Notes under the pieces: generated by a model | The model's input: the letters and a program-made list of their open reading frames with translations, nothing else | Databases searched by the model: none | Told to the model about the DNA's origin: nothing | Assembly: GCA_964016885.1 (NCBI GenBank) | Contig: OZ024743.1 | Location: forward strand, 327,794,001-327,858,000 | DNA length: 64,000 bases | Reading direction: 5' to 3' | Source of the DNA: Eledone cirrhosa | Taxonomy: Eukaryota | In this document: one piece after another, positions 57,304 through 64,000 of the stretch | Layout of the letters: the number at the start of each line of letters is the position of its first letter | Position numbering within the stretch: position 1 is the first letter of the stretch | Translations under genes and position numbers: made by a program

Positions 57304-60300
57304 AGAAGTAGTCAGACACTATGTACTAGCAGACGCAACAGTAAGCTGGGAATGGCAAGGAAGCTGTGTTGTGTATAGGAAGAAGTAGTCAGACATTATG
57401 TACTAGCAGACGCAACAGTAAGCTGGGAGTGGCAAGGAAGCTGTGTTGTGTATAGGAAGAAGGAGTCAGACATTATGTACTATCAGAGGGAGGAGTAAGC
57501 TGGCAGTGGAAAGGAAGCTGTGTTGTGTATAGGAAGAAGTAGTCAGACACTATGTACTAGTAGAGGGAGCCAGTAAGCTGGCAGTGGCAAGGAAGGTGTG
57601 TTGTGTATAGGAAGAAGTAGTTAGACACTATGTACTAGCAGAGGGAACAGTAAGCTGGCAGTGGCAAGGAAGCTGTGTTGTGTATAGGAAGAAGTAGTCA
57701 GACATTATGTACTAGCAGAGGGAACAGTAAGCTGCCAGTGGCAAGGAAGCTGTGTTGTGTATAGGAAGAAGTAGTCAGACATTATGTACTAGCAGAGGGA
57801 ACAGTAAGCTAGCAGTGGCAAGGAAGCTGTGTTGTGTATAGGAAGAAGTAGTCAGACATTATATACTAGCAGAGGGAACAGTAAGCTGGCAGTGGCCAGG
57901 AAGCTGTGTTGTGTATAGGAAGAAGGAGTCAGACACTATGTACTAGCAGAGGGAACAGTAAGCTGGCAGTGGCCAGGAAGCTGTGTTGTGTATAGGAAGA
58001 AGGAGTCAGACACTATGTACTAGCAGAGGGAACAGTAAGCTGCCAGTGGCAAGGAAGCTGTGTTGTGTATAGGAAGAAGGAGTCAGACACTATGTACTAG
58101 CAGAGGGAACAGTAAGCTGGCAGTGGCCAGGAAGCTGTGTTGTGTATAGGAAGAAGTAGTCTGCCACTATGTACTAGCAGAGGGAACAGTAAGCTGGCAG
58201 TGGCCAGGAAGCTGTGTTGTGTATAGGAAGAAGGAGTCATACACTATCTACTAGCAGAGGGAACAGTAAGCTGGCAGAGGCAAGGAAGCTGTGTTGTGTA
58301 TAGGAAGAAGTAGTCGGACATTATGTACTAGCAGAGGGAACAGTAAGCTGGCAGTCGCAAGGAAGCTGTGTTGTGTATAGGAAGAAGTAGTCAGAGACTA
58401 TGTACTAGCAGAGGGAACAGTAAGCTGGCAGTGACAAGGAAGCTGTGTTGTGTATAGGAAGAAGGAGTCAGACATTATGTACTAGCAGAGGGAGCAGTAA
58501 GCTGGCAGTGGAAAGGAAGCTGTGTTGTGTATAGGAAGAAGGAGTCAGACATTATGTACTAATAGAGGGAGGAGTAAGCTGGCAGTGGCAAGGAAACTGT
58601 GTTGTGTATAGGAAGTAGTCAGACACAATGTACTAGCAGAGGGAACAGTAACCTAGCAGTGGCAAGGAAGCTGTGTTGTGTATAGGAAGAAGGAGTCAGA
58701 CACTATGTACTAGCAGAGGGAACAGTAACCTAGCAGTGGCAAGGAAGCTGTGTTGTGTATAGGAAGAAGTAGTCAGACACTATGTACTAGTAGAGGGAGC
58801 CAGTAAGCTGGCAGTGGCAAGGAAGGTGTGTTGTGTATAGGAAGAAGTAGTTAGACACTATGTACTAGCAGAGGGAACAGTAAGCTGGCAGTGGCAAGGA
58901 AGCTGTGTTGTGTATAGGAAGTAGTAGTCAGACATGTACTAGCAGAGGGAGCAGTAAGCTGGCAGTGGCAAGAAAGCTATGTTGTGTATAGGAAGAAGTA
59001 GTCAGACACTATGTACTAGTAGATGGAGCCAGTAAGCTGGCAGTGGCAAGGAAGCTGTGTTGTGTATAGGAAGAAGTAGTCAGACATTATGTACTAATAG
59101 AGGGAGTAGTAAGCTGGCAGTGGCTAGGAAGCTGTGTTGTGTATAGGAAGAAGTAGTCAGACATTATGTACTAATAGAGGGAGGAGTAAGCTGGCAGTGG
59201 CTAGGAAGCTGTGTTGTGTATAGGAAGAAAGAGTCAGACACTATGTACTAGCAGAGGGAACAGTAAGCTGCCAGTGGCAAGGAAGCTGTGTTGTGTATAG
59301 GAAGAAGTAGTCAGACACTAGGTACTAGCAGAGGGAACAGTAAGCTGGCAGTGGCAAGGAAGCTGTGTTGTGTATAGGAAGAAGTAGTCAGACATTATGT
59401 ACTAGCAGAGGGAACAGTAAGCTACCAGTGGCAAGGAAGCTGTGTTGTGTATAGGAAGAAGGAGTCAGACACTATGTACTAGCAGAGGGAACAGTAAGCT
59501 GGCAGTGGCCAGGAAGCTGTGTTGTGTATAGGAAGAAGGAGTCAGACACTATCTACTAGCAGAGGGAACAGTAAGCTGGCAGAGGCAAGGAAGCTGTGTT
59601 GTGTATAGGAAGAAGTAGTCGGACATTATGTACTAGCAGAGGGAACAGTAAGCTGGCAGTCGCAAGGAAGCTGTGTTGTGTATAGGAAGAAGTAGTCAGA
59701 GACTATGTACTAGCAGAGGGAACAGTAAGCTGGCAGTGGCAAGGAAGCTGTGTTGTGTATAGGAAGAAGTAGTCAGACACTATGTACTAGCAGAGGGAAC
59801 AGAAAGCTGGCAGTGGCAAGGAAGCTGTGTTGTGTATAGGAAGAAGGAGTCAGACACTATGTACTAACAGAGGGAGCAGTAAGCTGGCACTGGCAAGGAA
59901 GCTGTGTTGTGTATAGGAAGAAGTAGTCAGACATTATATACTAGCAGAGGGAACAGTAAGCTGGCAGTGGCAAGGAAGCTCTGTTGTGTATAGGAAGAAG
60001 TAGTTAGACACTATGTACTAGCAGAGGGAACAGTAAGCTGGCAGTGGCAAGGAAGCTGTGTTGTGTATAGGAAGTAGTAGTCAGAGATTATGTACTACCA
60101 GAGGGAACAGTAAGCTGACTGTGGCAAGAAAGCTATGTTGTGTATAGGAAGAAGTAGTCAGAAACTATGTACTAGCAGAGGGAGCAGTAAGCTGGCAGTG
60201 GCAAGGAAGCTGTGTTGTGTATAGGAAGAAGTAGTCGGACATTATGTACTAATAGAGGGAGGAGTAAGCTGGCAGTGGCAAGGAAGCTGTGTTGTGTACT

Positions 60301-63300
60301 AACAGAGGGAGCAGTAAGCTGGCAGTGGCAAGGAAGCTGTGTTGTGTATAGGAAGAAGTAGTCAGACATTATCTACTAATAGAGGGAGGAGTAAGCTGGC
60401 ACTGGCAAGGAAGCTGTGTTGTGTATAGGAAGAAGTAGTAAGACACTATGTACTAGCAGAGGGAACAATAAGCTGGCAGTGGCAAGGAAGCTGTGTTGTG
60501 TATAGGAAGAAGTAGTCAGATATTATGTACTAGCAGAGGGAACAGTAAGATGGCAGTGGCAAGGAAGCTATGTTGTGTATAGGAAGAACTAGTCCGACAT
60601 TATGTACTAGCACAGGGAACAGTAAGCTGGCAGTGGCAAGAAAGCTGTGTTGTGTATAGGAAGAAGTAGTCAGAAACTATGTACTAGCAAAGGGAACAGT
60701 AAGATGGCAGTGGCAAGGAAGGTGTGTTGTGTATAGTAAGAAGTAGTCAGACATTATGTACTAGCAGAGGGAGCAGTAAGCTGCCAGTGGCAAGGAAACT
60801 GTGTTGTGTATAGGAAGAAGGAGTCAGACATTATGTACTAGCAGAAGGAACAGTAAGCTGGCAGTGGCAAGGAAGCTGTGTTGTGTATAGGAAGAAGTAG
60901 ACAGACACTATGTATTAGTAAAGGGAACAGGAAGCTATCAGTGGCAAGGAAGCTGCGTTGTGTATAGGAAGAACTAGTCTGACATTGTGTACTAGCAGAG
61001 GGAACAGTAAGCTGGCAGTGGCCAGGAAGCTGTGTTGTGTATAGGAAGAAGGAGTCAGACACTATGTACTAGCAGAGGGAACAGTAAGCTGCCAGTGGCA
61101 AGGAAGCTGTGTTGTGTATAGGAAGAAGGAGTCAGACACTATGTACTAGCAGAGGGAACAGTAAGCTGGCAGTGGCCAGGAAGCTGTGTTGTGTATAGGA
61201 AGAAGTAGTCTGCCACTATGTACTAGCAGAGGGAACAGTAAGCTGGCAGTGGCCAGGAAGCTGTGTTGTGTATAGGAAGAAGGAGTCATACACTATCTAC
61301 TAGCAGAGGGAACAGTAAGCTGGCAGAGGCAAGGAAGCTGTGTTGTGTATAGGAAGAAGTAGTCGGACATTATGTACTAGCAGAGGGAACAGTAAGCTGG
61401 CAGTCGCAAGGAAGCTGTGTTGTGTATAGGAAGAAGTAGTCAGAGACTATGTACTAGCAGAGGGAACAGTAAGCTGGCAGTGGCAAGGAAGCTGTGTTGT
61501 GTATAGGAAGAAGGAGTCAGACATTATGTACTAGCAGAGGGAGCAGTAAGCTGGCAGTGGAAAGGAAGCTGTGTTGTGTATAGGAAGAAGGAGTCAGACA
61601 TTATGTACTAATAGAGGGAGGAGTAAGCTGGCAGTGGCAAGGAAACTGTGTTGTGTATAGGAAGTAGTCAGACACAATGTACTAGCAGAGGGAACAGTAA
61701 CCTAGCAGTGGCAAGGAAGCTGTGTTGTGTATAGGAAGAAGGAGTCAGACACTATGTACTAGCAGAGGGAACAGTAACCTAGCAGTGGCAAGGAAGCTGT
61801 GTTGTGTATAGGAAGAAGTAGTCAGACACTATGTACTAGTAGAGGGAGCCAGTAAGCTGGCAGTGGCAAGGAAGGTGTGTTGTGTATAGGAAGAAGTAGT
61901 TAGACACTATGTACTAGCAGAGGAACAGTAAGCTGGCAGTGGCAAGGAAGCTGTGTTGTGTATAGGAAGTAGTAGTCAGACATGTACTAGCAGAGGGAGC
62001 AGTAAGCTGGCAGTGGCAAGAAGCTATGTTGTGTATAGGAAGAAGTAGTCAGACACTATGTACTAGTAGATGGAGCCAGTAAGCTGGCAGTGGCAAGGAA
62101 GCTGTGTTGTGTATAGGAAGAAGTAGTCAGACATTATGTACTAATAGAGGGAGGAGTAAGCTGGCAGTGGCTAGGAAGCTGTGTTGTGTATAGGAAGAAG
62201 TAGTCAGACATTATGTACTAATAGAGGGAGGAGTAAGCTGGCAGTGGCTAGGAAGCTGTGTTGTGTATAGGAAGAAAGAGTCAGACACTATGTACTAGCA
62301 GAGGGAACAGTAAGCTGCCAGTGGCAAGGAAGCTGTGTTGTGTATAGGAAGAAGTAGTCAGACACTAGGTACTAGCAGAGGGAACAGTAAGCTGGCAGTG
62401 GCAAGGAAGCTGTGTTGTGTATAGGAAGAAGTAGTCAGACATTATGTACTAGCAGAGGGAACAGTAAGCTGCCAGTGGCAAGGAAGCTGTGTTGTGTATA
62501 GGAAGAAGGAGTCAGACACTATGTACTAGCAGAGGGAACAGTAAGCTGGCAGTGGCCAGGAAGCTGTGTTGTGTATAGGAAGAAGGAGTCAGAAACTATC
62601 TACTAGCAGAGGGAACAGTAAGCTGGCAGAGGCAAGGAAGCTGTGTTGTGTATAGGAAGAAGTAGTCGGACATTATGTACTAGCAGAGGGAACAGTAAGC
62701 TGGCAGTCGCAAGGAAGCTGTGTTGTGTATAGGAAGAAGTAGTCAGAGACTATGTACTAGCAGAGGGAACAGTAAGCTGGCAGTGGCAAGGAAGCTGTGT
62801 TGTGTATAGGAAGAAGGAGTCAGACACTATGTACTAACAGAGGGAGCAGTAAGCTGGCACTGGCAAGGAAGCTGTGTTGTGTATAGGAAGAAGTAGTCAG
62901 ACATTATATACTAGCAGAGGGAACAGTAAGCTGGCAGTGGCAAGGAAGCTCTGTTGTGTATAGGAAGAAGTAGTTAGACACTATGTACTAGCAGAGGGAA
63001 CAGTAAGCTGGCAGTGGCAAGGAAGCTGTGTTGTGTATAGGAAGTAGTAGTCAGACATTATGTACTACCAGAGGGAACAGTAAGCTGACTGTGGCAAGAA
63101 AGCTATGTTGTGTATAGGAAGAAGTAGTCAGAAACTATGTACTAGCAGAGGGAGCAGTAAGCTGGCAGTGGCAAGGAAGCTGTGTTGTGTATAGGAAGAA
63201 GTAGTCGGACATTATGTACTAATAGAGGGAGGAGTAAGCTGGCAGTGGCAAGGAAGCTGTGTTGTGTACTAACAGAGGGAGCAGTAAGCTGGCAGTGGCA

Positions 63301-64000
63301 AGGAAGCTGTGTTGTGTATAGGAAGAAGTAGTCAGACATTATCTACTAATAGAGGGAGGAGTAAGCTGGCAGTGGCAAGGAAGCTGTGTTGTGTATAGGA
63401 AGAAGTAGTAAGACACTATGTACTAGGAGAGGGAACAATAAGCTGGCAGTGGCAAGGAAGCTGTGTTGTGTATAGGAAGAAGTAGTCAGATATTATGTAC
63501 TAGCAGAGGGAACAGTAAGATGGCAGTGGCAAGGAAGCTATGTTGTGTATAGGAAGAACTAGTCCGACATTATGTACTAGCACAGGGAACAGTAAGCTGG
63601 CAGTGGCAAGGAAGCTGTGTTGTGTATAGGAAGAAGTAGTCAGAGACTATGTACTAGCAAAGGGAACAGTAAGATGGCAGTGGCAAGGAAGGTGTGTTGT
63701 GTATAGTAAGAAGTAGTCAGACATTATGTACTAGCAGAGGGAGCAGTAAGCTGCCAGTGGCAAGGAAACTGTGTTGTGTATAGGAAGAAGGAGTCAGACA
63801 TTATGTACTAGCAGAAGGAACAGTAAGCTGGCAGTGGCAAGGAAGCTGTGTTGTGTATAGGAAGAAGTAGACAGACACTATGTATTAGTAAAGGGAACAG
63901 GAAGCTATCAGTGGCAAGGAAGCTGCGTTGTGTATAGGAAGAACTAGTCTGACATTGTGTACTAGCAGAGGGAACAGTAAGCTGGCAGTGGCAAGGAAGG
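57304..64000. repeat. 77-bp tandem satellite (>85 monomers, runs off the window) with ~3-kb higher-order repeat
   Basis: Monomer aggaagaagtagtcagacactatgtactagcagagggaacagtaagctggcagtggcaaggaagctgtgttgtgtat; rare variants recur at spacings of 3049 and 2970 bp. Confidence 0.97.

Noticed and set aside
57304-64000. CRISPR array or coding repeat
   Set aside because: Monomers are contiguous with no unique spacers and there are no cas genes; 77 bp is not a multiple of 3, and the ORFs are short artefacts.

Overview
AT-rich, repeat-saturated animal genomic DNA with no confidently identifiable host gene. The SINE/LINE mix and dense (TA)n/(TG)n/(CAT)n microsatellites suggest a mollusc, probably an octopus-like cephalopod (inference). 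There is one 200-N assembly gap at 10578-10777. Content: (i) many RTE-clade LINE copies, including one near-intact full-length element at 35738-39017 (-); (ii) Penelope-like elements (PLEs), namely three Naiad-type and one Neptune-type RT/GIY-YIG copies plus many short pLTR remnants, mostly abutting (TA)n; (iii) R4/Dong-like and CR1-like LINE fragments, two Tc1/mariner relics, tRNA-derived SINEs with RTE tails, two MITE-like inverted-repeat elements and a non-coding TRIM-like LTR element; (iv) a 77-bp satellite with a ~3-kb higher-order repeat from 57.3 kb to the end. The main signal outside the ORF track is the RNA-level architecture of the PLE 3' ends. It has three parts: at least 8 well-formed type I hammerhead ribozyme motifs, several with very long stem II inserts; a conserved RTYGAGTRCTY motif about 35-60 nt from the (TA)n junction, shared by otherwise dissimilar families; and recurrent fold-back palindromes, several turning around at hammerhead stem II, consistent with self-primed second-strand synthesis. 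All coordinates were read by eye and are approximate to a few bases.
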